DNA from: Squalus acanthias
Taxonomy: Eukaryota
Direction: 5' to 3'
DNA: 64,000 nucleotides
Assembly (NCBI GenBank): GCA_030390025.1
Contig: JASTWF010000357.1
Location: 62,001 to 126,000, forward strand
Positions 48,850 through 62,002 of the stretch are shown piece after piece. Numbering within the stretch: position 1 is the stretch's first letter; every line of letters starts with the position of its first letter. Both the position numbers and the translations under genes were made by a program. The notes beneath the pieces are model-generated. The model made no database searches, had not been told where the DNA came from, and saw nothing but the letters and a program-made list of their open reading frames with translations.

Positions 48850-50590
48850 CACAAACTTATAAACTAAAATGGTACAATTTTAAAGCGGGTGCAGGAACAG
48901 AAAGACCTCTGGGTGTAGTACACAAACCGTTGAACATAAGAAATAGGAGCAGCAGTGGGCCATTCGACCCTTCGAGTCTGCTCCGCCATTCAATCAGATC
49001 ATGGCTGATCTTCTGCCTCAACTCCATTCACCGGCCCTATCACCATATCCCTTGATGACTTTACTAGTCTGAAATCTATCGACTTCTGTTTTGAATATAC
49101 CCAATGACTGAGCCTCCACAGCCCTCTGGGGTAGAGAGTTCCAAAGATTCACCACCCTCTGAAGAAATTTCTTCTCATCTCAGTCCTGAATGGCCTACCC
49201 TTTATCCTGAGGCTGTGGCCCCTGGTTCTAGACTCCCCAGCCAAGGGAAATATTCTCCCAACATCCACCTTATCAAGCCCTGTAATAATTTTGTATGCTT
49301 CAATGAGATCCCCTCTCATGTTTCTGAATTCAAGAGAATACAGACCTAGTTTACTCAATCTCTTCTCATACGACAGTCCCGCCATCCCAGGAATCAATCT
49401 CGTGAACGTTCGTTGCACTCCCTCTATGGCAAGTATATCCTTCCTTAGGTAAGGAGACCAACATTATACACAGTACTCCAGGTGTGGTCTCACCAAGGCC
49501 CTATATAATTGGAGTAAGACTTCTTTACTCCTGTACTCAAATCCTCTTGTAATGAAGGCCAGCATGCCATTCGCCTTCCTAATGGCTTGCTGCACCTGCA
49601 CATTCACTTTCAGTGACTCATGTGCAAGGGCACCCAGGTCCCTTTGAGCATCTGCATTCCCCAATCTTTCACCATTGAGGAAATATTCTGCCTTTCTGTT
49701 TTTTCGACCAAAGTGGTTAACTTCACATTTATCAACATTATATTCCATCTGCCATGTTCTCGCCCATTCACTGAGCCTGTCGAGATCCCCTTGAAGCCTC
49801 TTCACATCCTTTTCACAACGGACACTGCCACCTAGCTTTGTGTCATCAGCAAATTTGGAAATGTTACATTTACTCCCCTCATCCAAATCATTGATATAGA
49901 TTGTGAATAGCTGGGGCCCAAGCAACGATCCTTGTAGTACCCCACTAGTCACAGCCTGCCACCCTGAAAAAGACCCATTTATCCATACTCTTTGAAGGCG
50001 GTAGGTCAAGTTGATGAGGCTGTTAAACACGTATACAGGATCATGGGTTTTTACATAGAGGCAGAGAGTGCAAAAACAAGGACGTTATGGTAAAGCTTTA
50101 TAAATCAGTTGTCAGGTCTCAGCTGGAGTAGTGTGTCCCACTCTGGGTACCACACATTAGGAAGGATGTCAAGGTTTTGGAGAGGGTGAGGAGCAGATTT
50201 ACTTGAATGGTACCAGGGGTGAGGGAGAATGAATGTTATAATGGGATCCGATAGTGTAAATAAACAGACTGTTTCCACTGACATGTGGGTTGGTAACCAG
50301 AGGACACAGATTTATGGTCATTGACAAATGAACCAGAGGGAAGGTTAAGGTAATAAAGAAGATGAAAGCAGCGAGCTGTTGTGGTCTGGGATGCAAGGCC
50401 TGAAAGGCTGGTGGAAGCAGATTCAACAGTAACTTTCACAAGGAAATTGGAAATATACTTGAAAAGGGAAAAGTTGCAGGGCTGTAGGGAAGGAGCAGGG
50501 GAGTGGGATAATTGGATAGCTCTTTCAAAGAGCTGGCAATGGGAACAATAAACCGAATGGCCTTCTTTGTGCATGAGGATTCGATCATGC
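48850..50590. mobile_element. Old plus-strand CR1 3' fragment with a nested minus-strand CR1 (48934-49992)
   Basis: ORFs 49149-49418 and 49464-50030 (-). Plus-strand CR1 motifs continue on both sides, with ttgaa at both junctions. Confidence 0.85.
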
Positions 50591-50889
50591 CACAATTCAA
50601 CTGTCGAATGAACTCCCAACATGGTTGATTTTATCTCTTTAATTATCGCTGTTCAAAACTCCCAGAGCTGAATTTTTGACTTTTCAATGTTGCTGACGTT
50701 TCCTGACGAGAGGCCTGGCCACGACAACAGCTGGATAACCAGCAGGAGTAGAGCCAACATCTGCAAATTTACAATTTACTCCGACCTTAGTACGAATTGC
50801 AACTTCAATCCAGGTCGAATTTGAGATGAACGACAAATGCAAACATAGTTCGATTCTGTCGCCCTGCTCCTTGAACTTTTGTTTCTGAG

Positions 50890-51073
50890 AGGGGTGAAAT
50901 TGGACATGGGGCGGGGAAGTAAGGCAAGCGGAATTACATTTGCCGACCATTACACGACACGCCCGATATTCAGTTCTATTGAAGTCAGTGGAAGGGAATA
51001 CCGGCGGAGCGGGACAGGCGACCAATGCGTTACGGCATGTTTGGCATCGCCGCCCATTTCCAAGTTCACCCTC
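50890..51073. mobile_element. ~185-bp MITE with GGGGTGAAATTG-type terminal inverted repeats (related copies at ~53425-53608 and ~56534-56716)
   Basis: ggggtgaaattggacatg ... ttcaccc termini and a shared internal cccgatatt..tctattgaagt core. Confidence 0.65.
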
Positions 51074-51328
51074 CTAGAAATCTGTAAGCAAATGGTCAGC
51101 GTCAAACCTTTGATCAGCAGCAGTGAAATAAACTGCAATCAATTTCCATTTCATGACATACCTTTCAGCTGATCGGGTACTTCTGATATCCCGTCTGTGA
51201 TGATTGCATAATGTGACAGATCAGAACCTGTTTAAACCAAATCGTTTCAATTAACTCAGATATGCATACAATTTAATAATATGTAGTTGTAGATCTGAAA
51301 TTAAATTCAGTGTGTGATTATACGGTAC

Positions 51329-51500
51329 CGTGTTCCTCTATTTCTTTCAGTATTTTGTCCAACTTTGGTACCCCATGGCGCATTTTCACAAATGATTCCC
51401 ACATCGCCCTCCGGGCCCCAGAACCTTTCTCCATCAACAGATTCAGAAGAAGTTTGGAACTTTCAGTCTTGTCTCCATTGTCCGCAAGCTCAGTGACTTT
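51329..51500 (-). CDS. NLR death-fold exon B
   Basis: ttctttgcag|AAAGTC. Reads KVTELADNGDKTESSKLLLNLLMEKGSGARRAMWESFVKMRHGVPKLDKILKEIEEH. Phase-1 GT donor. Confidence 0.85.
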
Positions 51501-52399
51501 CTGCAAAGAACAAGAACTAATATATTGAGGAGCAGAGTGAAGGTCATAAAGTGAAACTGTGGAGGGAAAGGATCTTCCCGCCATGCTGTTCCACTGGTTT
51601 TAACGGAGGTGCAAAGAATCCAATCAGTGGGATGTGTACTGATTTATTCTGGTCAAGAGCTGAATATTATCTAAACATGTTGCTCCAGTGATTGAAGGGA
51701 CACAAGAACAGGAAATGAGGTTGTACAGTGTGAAGTTCTGCCAGAGTCTGAGAATCACCCAGGTTATGGTTCAGGATATCAACCCCACGATACACCGGAC
51801 TGCGGCTCGCATTCTGCACAGAATACTTACCCTCCCAGATGTGTCTCCCGCAGCTGCCTGCTCTTCTTTCAAATGTCTACAAGTAAACCAACAACTATAC
51901 GCTCAATTACTGCTGATTTTCAGTAGGAATAATGGGATTGTCATTGATTATGCATTATTCATTAACCATGGGCCTATTGCAGATGGATCAATCAGCTGAA
52001 CACGGTGGGTTTTAAAGTTACAATGTAGGGACTGCCTAAATATCAACCCATTCCCAACTTGCCCTATTCAACTTGATTATCAACATATCCATTCACCGCC
52101 ATAATCCCTATAAACACGAGATTATGTTCGCTGCATTGGTACTAGTGGGAAATCTGCTGCACAAGGTCATTGTACTGTGAATGGGATGACCATTGGTCTC
52201 GCTGAAGGTTTATATTGTGTGGTTTGTATTCACAGTCCAAGGTCCACAGGCTGTACACAACCAGATTGTTTATAGCCCTCAACATTTAGAATACCTGCAT
52301 CCCACCTCTTTTTCCTGCAATTAAAACATTTCGGATATGTGATACGAGTCTTCCTTCCTGGCGTGTTTGTCCGATCTTGTTTGCTCTCTCAGATATTGA

Positions 52400-52815
52400 A
52401 AGAAAGAATTGTATTTAAAGAGCTCTTTCACAACCTCAAAGGTGCCAAAGTGCTTTACAGCCAATGAAGTACTTTTGAAGTGTAATCACTGTTGTAATGT
52501 AGGAAACGCAACAGCAATGTGATAATTACCAGGTACACTGTTTTAGTGATGCTGATTGAGGGATAAAAGTTGGCCAGGACACCGCTGCTCCTTTTCGAAA
52601 TAGTGCCACGGGATCTTTGCCATCCACCTGAGAGAGCAGATGGGGCCTTGATTTAACGTTTCTTCTGAAACACGCCACCTCTGACAGTGCAGCACTCCCT
52701 CAGTACTCCACTGGAGTGTCAGCCTAGATTTTTGTGCTCAAGTCTCTGGAGTGGGACTTGAACCCACAACCTTCTGATTCAGAGGTGAGAGTGCTACCCA
52801 CGGAGCCACAGCTGA
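52400..52815 (-). mobile_element. tRNA-derived Deu-domain SINE (SacSINE1-like)
   Basis: gtggctccgtgggtagcactctc (A box), gggttcaagtccc (B box), then the gagggagtgctgcactgtc..aaagatcccgtggcactatttc body. Confidence 0.8.
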
Positions 52816-53010
52816 CACTTGGCATATTGCTATACTTTGAAGCATTGCACAGTCTGGTGGTGGCCTCAGCATTGGTCTGTACACTCAATGTCCACAGAGA
52901 TCCTCCCTGATTGAATAGATCGATTTCACAACAAGAAACCAACACAGCTGATTTCATTTAACTTTCACCATGTTGAAATTAATCAAACTCACTGTGTTCC
53001 TCCCACTTAC

Positions 53011-53167
53011 CTGATATTCTTGCCCATTAAAATGTTCCTTGTACGTTAACACCAGGCGACGCCCCTCACCCCTTCTTCAATCGCCTGTTCTATTCGGTCC
53101 CGGTAGAACATCGTCACCTTGTCCAGGTCACAATCGGTGAAATTTTCAAGGCACTGGGAGACGGGAT
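53011..53167 (-). CDS. NLR death-fold (CARD-like) exon A, frameshifted
   Basis: cacag|ATCCC..CAG|gtaag. Reads DPVSQCLENFTDCDLDKVTMFYRDRIEQAIEEGV..LVLTYKEHFNGQEYQ. It is 157 nt long where 158 is needed. Confidence 0.8.
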
Positions 53168-54244
53168 CTGTGAACAAGTGTATAAATATATTTACACAAA
53201 AGCAAAATACTGTGGATGCTGGGAATTTGAAATAAAAACAGAAAATGCTGGGAAGACTCAGCAGGTCAGGCAGCATCCTCCAGAGAGAGAGAGAGAGAGA
53301 GAGAGTCGATGAGCTTTTGTCAGAAATCTAAATATATTTATTGCATCATTGAAGGTCGCATTTTCATTTTGTGATAAACAGTTTCAGTTTGGTCAACATA
53401 CTAAATATGAAATCTCGGAGACATGGGGCAATTTTAAGTTGGGGTAATAGGGTAAAATGGACGATATTGAATTAGACGCCCGTTACACACCCCGCCCGAT
53501 TTTCCTTTCCAATGATGTGAATGGAAACGAAAATTAGTGGGTGTATAATGGGCGGCCAATTCGATATTGGCCACTTTATGCTATCGCTCAAAGTTCAAAT
53601 CACCCCCATTGTACTGGTAAGTATTGACAAGGTGCTGCTCAGTAAAGGAGTACTACACAGATCTAGTTGTTTGGTGCTATTTGTAAATCGAGATGTCAGT
53701 GCAGGACATGTGGGTGGATCACAGCTAAAACCTTTCACAAATTGAACACTGGATTGTTCTGTGACTTCTGTAGAAGCAGCGAGTGATCATTTGGGGTGAA
53801 CAATAAATGTAAGTGAAACACAGAGCTTTTGGGACTTATGATTTATGTCACGATCAGACTCTCGAACACTTGCTTCAGTTTCATGTAGTGCTTGGGGTAT
53901 CATACTGTACCTCCAGGACTTGAGATACACTTATAGAAAGATATATGGGTTTGAACTCACTAATGTTTTAACTAATTGAGATTTTAAACTCTCGGAACTC
54001 CCCCGCACATAATGTATATTAGTAAAATCTAGATTTGAAACAACCATCAAGATGTTTATATTAATCAGAGTGATACATATTTGGGATAAACAGCTCGACA
54101 GACCAGCAGAGACAAGATTAATGAGGTTGTTTAACATAAAGCTGGATGCTAAGCTGGGAGGACTCCGCTATTAGAGGGATTTATAGGCATTACTTCACAA
54201 TGGAAGTTTGGCCCTATCCCTTCTGACCTCCCTTATGTTCCAAC

Positions 54245-55890
54245 ATTGGAACATAGGGAGGGGAGTAGACCATTTAGCCCCTCGAGCCTGTTCCACCATT
54301 CAATGAGACCATGGCTGATCTAACTCCATATACCTGCCTTTGCCCCATACCTTTGGTTAACAAAAAATCAATCTGATTTAAAATTAACATTTGATCTAGC
54401 CTCCATTGCCATTTGCAGAAGAGAGTTCCCAACTTCTAACCCCTTTGTGTAGAAGTGCTTACTAATTTCACTCCTGAAAGGTTTGGCTCTAACTTTTAGA
54501 ATATGCCCCCTAGTCCTAGACTCCCCAACCAGCGGAATCAGTTTCTCTGTCTACCCGATCTGTTCCCCTTAATATCTTGAAAATTTCGATCATATCACTC
54601 CTTAACCTTCTGAACTCTAGGGAATACAACCCTAATTTCACCTTGTAACTTAACCCTTGAAGTCCGGGTTATCATTCTGGTAAACCTACGCTGCATATCC
54701 TTCCTAAGGTGTGGTGCCCAGAACTGCTCACAGTACTCCAGGTGTGGTCTAACCAGGGCTTTGTATAGCCGTAGCATAACTTCGACCCACTTGCATTCTA
54801 GTCCTCTAGATGTAAAGGCCATTAGCCTTTTTGATTATTTTCTGTACCTGTTCATTACATTTTAATGATCTATGTACCTGGATCACCAAGTCTCTTTGGA
54901 CCTCCACTGTTTTTAGCCTTTCACCATTTAGAAAGGACCCTGTTCTATCCTTTTTAATGTCCAAAGTGGATGACCTCACATTTGCCGACATTGAAATCCA
55001 TTTAACACAATTTAGCCCATTCACTTAATTGATCACTATCTCTTTGTAATTTTATGCTTTCAACTACACTGCCTACAATGCCGCCCATCTTTGTGTCATC
55101 GGTAAATTTGGATGTGGCTTTCTATCCCATTATCCAAGATGTTAATAAATACAGTGAATAGTTGAGGCCTCAAGACAGATCCTTGCGGGACACCACTAGT
55201 CGCATCCTGCCAATTAGAGTAACTGCCCATTATCCCTACTCTGTCTCCTGCCGCCAGCCAATTTCCTAACTATATCAATAATGTGCCTTCAATTCCATGG
55301 GCTTCAACCTTAGTTAACTGTCTCTTATGAGAGACTTAATCATTGCCTTTGGAAGTCCATATAAATAACATCCATAGACATTCCCCTGTCCACTACTTTA
55401 GTCACTTCTTCAAAAAAATTCGATCAGGTTCGTCAGGCATGAGCTGCCTTTTACAAATCCATGCTGGGTCTCCCGGGTCAGCTGACATTTTTTTTTATAT
55501 AAACGTGTTCAGTCACCCTATCCTCATTATAGACTCGAGTAATTTCCCCGACAACAGATGTTAGGCTAACTGGTCTATTATGCCCTGATTTCCCCCTCTC
55601 ACCATTCTTAAATAGCAGAGTGACATGAACAATTTTCCAATCTATATGAACGGTTCCTGAATCGGGAGAACTTTTGAAGATTATAGTTAGGGCATCCAAT
55701 GTGCTCACCTACACTATTTAAACCCTGGGATGGGGATGTCACTCTTTAGTGCCATTATTTTCTTCATTACTGTTATTTGCTTACGTAAATTTTGTTGAGA
55801 CCCTGTCCCTGATGCAGTATCCGTTTCCTTGGGCTTTCCGGCATGTAAATACTGATGCAAAGTAATTATTCAACATGTCCACCATTTCCT
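54245..55890 (-). mobile_element. Degenerate CR1 LINE 3' portion
   Basis: ORFs 54595-54822, 54806-55024 and 55478-55708 carry CR1 RT motifs, followed by a 3' UTR. Confidence 0.9.
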
Positions 55891-56194
55891 TATCATTGAC
55901 AAGATCACTTAAGCACAGTTTAAGTGCACTTGTAGGCAATGCGAATGAAGATGATCATTGCTGTCAATCAAATCCATTGCACCCCCGACACGATGAAGGA
56001 ATTTCAAATCATTCCCAATCAACTGGGATCATTTGTTCTGATGCATCTGATATTTAGCTGGTGTTCATATCAATTGCCCATATTAATCACGCTGCCAACG
56101 CTTCTCGTGTAAACTGCAAGTTATTGTTGAAAATCTGAACCTGATGCTCTGAGCCCTATTATTTTGAAGATTCACACACACTGCAGCCACCTGC

Positions 56195-56249
56195 CTGTGT
56201 CTGTTTCGGTTCCGTTTGGTTTTTGTTTCTGATTCGGATCCTCAGCCAT
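56195..56249 (-). CDS. NLR first coding exon (MAEDPNQKQKPNGTETDT)
   Basis: Kozak caccATGG. Upstream acceptor ctttctgtttcag (exon starts at 56285). The phase-1 donor G|gcaggt matches the phase of the next exon. Confidence 0.6.
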
Positions 56250-56884
56250 GGTGATTTTAGTTGTTGTGAAGCTTTCTGCAAAGTCCTGAAACAGAAAGTG
56301 GTTCCATGTTCAATTTGGTGAGTCGGTTAAGAGAACTTAAACAGAAGGTTTCGACTGAGAAGTACATGAGGATGTTGCACCATTACAAGTATGTACCTTT
56401 GCAGCTAATGTTAAAGAATACGCTCGGAGGCGGTGAATCTTGGACAGTGAGCTCAGGACATTGGTATCTTCGGGCCCTACAATGTGACAGACCCACGCTC
56501 TATGGAACAGATCACTGTTGAGCTTCAGGCACAGGGGGTGAAATTGGACATGAGCCGGGTCACAAAACATGCAGGATCGCATTTGCCGACTGTTATACGG
56601 CTCCCCCGATATTCATTTCTATTGAAGTTGATGGAACTGAATATCGCGAGGAGCGTGAAACAGCACCCATGCGACACCGCCTGTTATGCATCCCAACCCA
56701 GAACCCATTTCACCCCACCATTTTTGTACCATCAAATGCAGATACATATTCCCTGTGCTGATCCCGAACATTGCCATAACTCCAAGCTCACACGGACTCC
56801 ACTTTCTCGGGGCAATAAATGCTGCCTTGCCAAAGTTGCCTTCATCCCAAGAAGCTCAACATCATCCAGAACAAAACAATTCGC

Positions 56885-58335
56885 TTGATTGGAAGGTCGC
56901 AAATGTAACCCCACCATTCAAGAAAGGAGGCAGAGAGAAAACAGGGAACTACAGGCCAGTGAGCCTGGCATCACTTGTCGGGAAAATGCTGGAATCTGTT
57001 AAGGAAGAGGTAATGGGGCACTTAGAAAATCATAATAAGATTAAGTAGAGTCAACATGGTTTTATGAAAGGGAATTTGTTTTTAACAAATTTATTCGAGT
57101 TTTTTGAGGATGTAACTAGCAGGGTAGATAAAGGGCAACCAGTGGATGTACAGTAGTATATTGGGATTTCCAAAAGGCATTCGATAAGGTGCCACATAAA
57201 AGGTTGCTATGCAAGATAAGGGCTCATGGGGTTGGGGGCAATATATTAATATGGATAGAGGATTGGTTAATGGACAGAAAACAGAGTAGGGATAAACGGG
57301 TCATTTTCAGGTTGGCAGTCTGTGACTAATGGGTGCCGCAAGGACCAGTGCGCTTTGGCCTCAGCTAGTAACAATCTACATTAATGACTTAGATGAGGGG
57401 ACCGAGTGCAATGCATCCACGTTTGCTGATGATACAAAGTTAGGTGGGAAAGTAAGCTATGAGGAGGACACAGAGCCTGCAATGGGATATAGACAGGTCA
57501 AGTGAGTGGGCAATAAGCTGGCAGATGGAGTATAATGTGAGTTTATTCAGTTTGGTAGGAAGAATAGAAAAACAGAATATTTTTTAAATGGTGAGAAACT
57601 ATTAAATGTTGGTGATCAGAGAGATTTGGGTGTCCTCGTACAGGAAACACAGAAAGCTAGCATGCAGGTACAGCAAGCAATTAGGAACGCAAATGGCATG
57701 TTGGCCTTTATTGCAAGGTGGTTGGAGTACAAGTGTAAGGAAGTCTCGCTACAATTGTACAGGGCCTTGGTGAGACCACACCTGGAGTACTGTGCACAGT
57801 TTTGGTCTCCTTATCTAAGGAAGGATATACTTGCCTTGGAGGCAGCGCAACGAAGGTTCACTAGATTAATTTGCGGGATGAGAGGGCTGTCCTATGATGA
57901 GAGGTTGTGTAGAATGGGCCGATACTCTCTGGAGTTTAGAAGAATGAGAGGTGATCTCATTGAAACATACATGATTGAGGGGATTGACAAGGTAGATGCT
58001 GCGAGGTTGTTTCCATGGCTGCAGAGTGTAGTACTAGGGGGCAGAGTCTCAGGATAAGGGGTCGGCCATTTCAGACTGAGATGAGGAGGAATTTCTTCAC
58101 TCAGAGGGTTGTGACTCTTTGGAATTCTCTACCCTAAAGGGCTGTGGATGCTGAGTCTTTGATTATATTCAAGGCTGAAAGAGACAGATTTTTGGACTCT
58201 CGGGGAATGAAGGGATATGGAGATCGGGCGGGAAAGTGGAGTTGAGGCCGAAGATCAGCCATGAACTTATTGAAAGGCAGAGTAGGCTCAAAGGGCTGAA
58301 TGGCCGACTCCTGCTCCTAATTCTTATGTTATGTT
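56885..58335 (+). mobile_element. Degenerate CR1 LINE 3' portion
   Basis: DWKVANVTP..NYRPVSL, ORF 57626-58057 and a 3' UTR. Confidence 0.9.
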
Positions 58336-58590
58336 CCCATCCACCAACTTAAACATTCACTCCCTCCACCACCGCGCACCGTGTCTGCAGTGTACCCCAT
58401 CTACAAGATGCACTGCAGCAACTCGCCAAGGCTTCTCCGGCAGCACCTCCTAAACCCACGAACTCCACCAGATAAAGGACATGGGCAGCAGGTAAATGGG
58501 ATCACCATCACCTCAAACTTCCCCTTGAAGTCACACACCATCCTATCTTGGACATATATCACTGTTCCATCTGCGTCGCTGGGTCAAAAT
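58336..58590 (+). mobile_element. L2/CR1-group LINE ORF2 C-terminal fragment
   Basis: NIHSLHHR..YKMHCSNSPRLLRQHL-type sequence. Confidence 0.55.
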
Positions 58591-58836
58591 CCACAGAGGA
58601 AGAAGGCTCCAGGTACCAACCGCTCCCTGACTGAGCTGCAAAGAACGAGTAAAGATTTGTGGCATGACTGGGAGGGAGTAAATCTCCAGACTTCGTGCTC
58701 CCTGTTGCTGAACCCTCTTATACAATGTGTGCTGGAGAAGGATTGTGGAGAACAGGACCGGGCTGAGCTGTGACTCCCCAGTGTTATATAGACTGCCCTC
58801 GGTCACTGAGCGCACGCTTAGAGAATGGCACCATCC

Positions 58837-58884
<48 letters not shown>

Positions 58885-59277
58885 GGAGGCTCTCCGGGCA
58901 CAGGGCAATATATCCCATATGTAAAATCGGCATTAAATCTGAAAAAAGTGCGGATGGACACAAACCTCAATCTCAGAAGGTGCATTTCACTTAACTTGAT
59001 CCGACAGGATATTGTTTGTCTCTCAATTTACAGAGTCTGAAAGTTGTCCCTTTGTTATGGTGTTGTAGCTAAGCGAGAGCTTGTTCCTGGTTTTCTTTAA
59101 GTAAATCACAGACAGTAATTGGAGTCGTTTCTTGGTATGCAAGATATGCACCAGAGCCCCACCCTATGTGCAACATTTGCTTACAGCCCCTGAGGCTCAT
59201 TTTCATCTTAAACATTCCTCATTGTTTTCGAAAAGGAGGAAGTGCTTCTAGTCAAAGTAAATCAACAGGTCTGAAAT

Positions 59278-62002
59278 AGGAGACCATTCAGCCCCTCGAG
59301 CCTAATGCATAGAAACAGAGGAGGATTCAGCCCCTCGAGCCTAATGTATAGAAACAGGAGGAGGATTCAGCCCCTCGAGCCTAATGTATAGAAACAGGAG
59401 GAGGCCATTCAGCCCCTCGAACCAGTTACATAGAAACAGGAGACCACCATTCAGCCCCTCGAGCCTAATGTATAGAAACAAGAGGAGGCCATTCAGCCCC
59501 TCGAACAAGTTGCATAGAAACAGGATTAGGCCATTCAGCCCCTCGAACAAGTTACATAGAAACAGGAGGAGGAGACCATTCAGCCCCTCGAACAAGTTAC
59601 ATAGAAACAGGAGGAGAACATTCAGCCCCTCGAGCAAGTTACATAGAAACAGGAGACTTCCTGTCATGACTTAACACTTATGTTACTTTATTACTAAAAT
59701 TTAAACTTATTTATCTTAGGTCCAGGAGTTAAGTCCCTGAAAACAAAATATAAAATTGAACCTACCTTTTAAATTCCCTCTACCCCTAAAGGTTAGAGGA
59801 GGTGGGAGGGTGGGAATCACTACCAGTGTAGTGTCTCGGGTTTAGCAACCGCTCCACCTATATACGGGTACCACTAAATTGGCCCCGCCCCCTGCCTTTG
59901 AAAAAGCCCGTGAAGCTCTTACCCCGCTGGGGAAAAAGGCCACGTAGGTGAATTTAATGACTCACCTCAGGCCTCTGCCGCTCCAACCAGGTCCGCCCCT
60001 CCTTCCCCGCTGCCGACCGCTCTGTGGGAGAGAGAAAGAAAGAAAGGCTCCTCCTCCCCCGCTGAAACAGGAGGAGACCATTCAGCCCCTCGAACAAGTT
60101 ACATAGAAACAGGAGGAGGAGACCATTCAGCCCCTCGAACAAGTTACATAGAAACAGGAGGAGGAGAGCCATTCAGCCCCTCGAACAAGTTACATAGAAA
60201 CAGAGGAGGAGACCATTCAGCCCCTCGAACAAGTTACATAGAAACAGGAGGAGGAGACCATTCAGCCCCTCGAACAAGTTACATAGAAACAGGAGGAGGA
60301 GACCATTCAGCCCCTCGAACAAGTTACATAGAAACAGGAGGAGGAGACCATTCAGCCCCTCGAACAAGTTACATAGAAACAGGAGGAGGACCATTCAGCC
60401 CCTCGAACAAGTTACATAGAAACAGGAGGAGGAGACCATTCAGCCCCTCGAACAAGTTACATAGAAACAGGAGGAGGAGACCATTCAGCCCCTCGAACAA
60501 GTTACATAGAAACAGGAGGAGGAGCCATTCAGCCCCTCGAACAAGTTACATAGAAACAGGAGGAGACCATTCAGCCCCTCGAACAAGTTACATAGAAACA
60601 GGAGGAGGAGACCATTCAGCCCCTCGAACAAGTTACATAGAAACAGGAGGAGACCATTCAGCCCCTCGAACAAGTTCCATAGAAACAGGAGACCATTCAG
60701 CCCCTCGAACAAGTTACATAGAAACAGGAGGAGGAGACCATTCAGCCCCTCGAACAAGTTACATAGAAACAGGAGGAGGCCATTCAGCCCCTCGAACAAG
60801 TTACACAGAACAGGAGGAGGAGACCATTCAGCCCCTCGAACAAGTTACATAGAAACAGGAGTAGGTGACCATTCAGCCCCTCGAACAAGTTACATAGAAA
60901 CAGGAGGAGGAGACCATTCAGCCCCTCGAACAAGTTACATAGAAACAGGAGGAGACCATTCAGCCCCTCGAACAAGTTACATAGAAACAGGAGGAGGAGA
61001 ACATTCAGCCCCTCGAAGCACTTACCCCGCTGGGGAATAAGGCCACGTAGGTGAGTTTAATGACTCAGCTCAGGCCTCTGCCGCTCCAGCCAGGTCCGCC
61101 CCTCCTTCCCCGCTGCCGACCGCTCTGTGGGAGAGAAAAAGAAAGAAAGGCTCCTCCTCCCCCGCTGAAACAGGAGGAGACCATTCAGCCCCTCGAACAA
61201 GTTACATAGAAACAGGAGGAGACCATTCAGCCCCTCGAACAAGTTACATAGAAACAGGAGGAGGAGACCATTCAGCCCCTCAAACAAGTTACATAGAAAC
61301 AGGAGGAGGAGACCATTCAGCCCCTCGAACAAGTTACATAGAAACAGGAGGAGGAGACCATTCAGCCCCTCGAACAAGTTACATAGAAACAGGAAACCAC
61401 CATTCAGCCCCTCGAACAAGTTACATAGAAACAGGAGGAGGAGACCATTCAGCCCCTCGAACAAGTTACATAGAAACAGGAGGAGGAGACCATTCAGCCC
61501 CTCAAACAAGTTACATAGAAACAGGAGGAGGAGACCATTCAGCCCCTCAAACAAGTTACATAGAAACAGGAGGAGACCATTCAGCCCCTCGAACAAGTTG
61601 CATAGAAACAGGAGGAGGAGGAGATCATTCAGCCCCTCGAACAAGTTACATAGAAACAGGCGGAGACCATTCAGCCCCTCAAACAAGTTACATAGAAACA
61701 GGAGGAGGAGGCCATTCAGCCCCTCGAACAAGTTACATAGAAACAGGAGGAGACCATTCAGCCCCTCGAACAAGTTACATGGAAACAGGAGGAGGAGACC
61801 ATTCAGCCCCTCGAACAAGTTACATAGAAACAGGCGGAGACCATTCAGCCCCTCAAACAAGTTACATAGAAACAGGAGGAGGAGGCCATTCAGCCCCTCG
61901 AACAAGTTACATAGAAACAGGAGGAGACCATTCAGCCCCTCGAACAAGTTACATGGAAACAGGAGGAGGAGACCATTCAGCCCCTCGAACAAGTTACATA
62001 GA
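59278..62002 (+). repeat. Homogeneous 39/42-bp minisatellite (ccattcagcccctcgaacaagttacatagaaacaggagga(gga)ga) with embedded unique blocks
   Basis: Dozens of near-identical units. Interrupted by 59656-60064 and 61020-61166, and abuts the 3' tail of the CR1 at 62003. Confidence 0.95.
59656..59950 (-). promoter_or_regulatory. Probable CR1 5' UTR / internal promoter fragment (GC box + CCAAT + TATA)
   Basis: Minus strand: ggggcggggCCAAT (~59879-59892), TATATA (~59859-59864), aacccgagacactac hairpin, then ttaagtcATGACAGG, resembling a CR1 ORF1 start. Confidence 0.5.

Larger units (their letters stand above)
37133..56285 (-). pseudogene. NLR immune receptor gene (CARD/death-fold - NACHT - RI-type LRR; NLRP3/NLRC3-like), probably pseudogenised
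   Basis: Ten coding exons with compatible phases. Lesions: 1-nt frameshift at ~53058, frameshift at ~46797, TG instead of AG acceptor at 37798-37799, and Walker B DSLNE. Confidence 0.88.

Noticed and set aside
52750..52815. tRNA-like A/B boxes (also ~25080-25165)
   Set aside because: SINE heads continuing into SINE bodies, not tRNA genes.
58727..59040. ER/RE-repeat ORFs
   Set aside because: Translation of an (AG)n microsatellite at ~58840-58885.
59780..59860. Possible HDV-like ribozyme in the putative CR1 5' UTR
   Set aside because: Hairpins are present, but I could not assemble the P1/P2/P3/P1.1 nested pseudoknot by eye.
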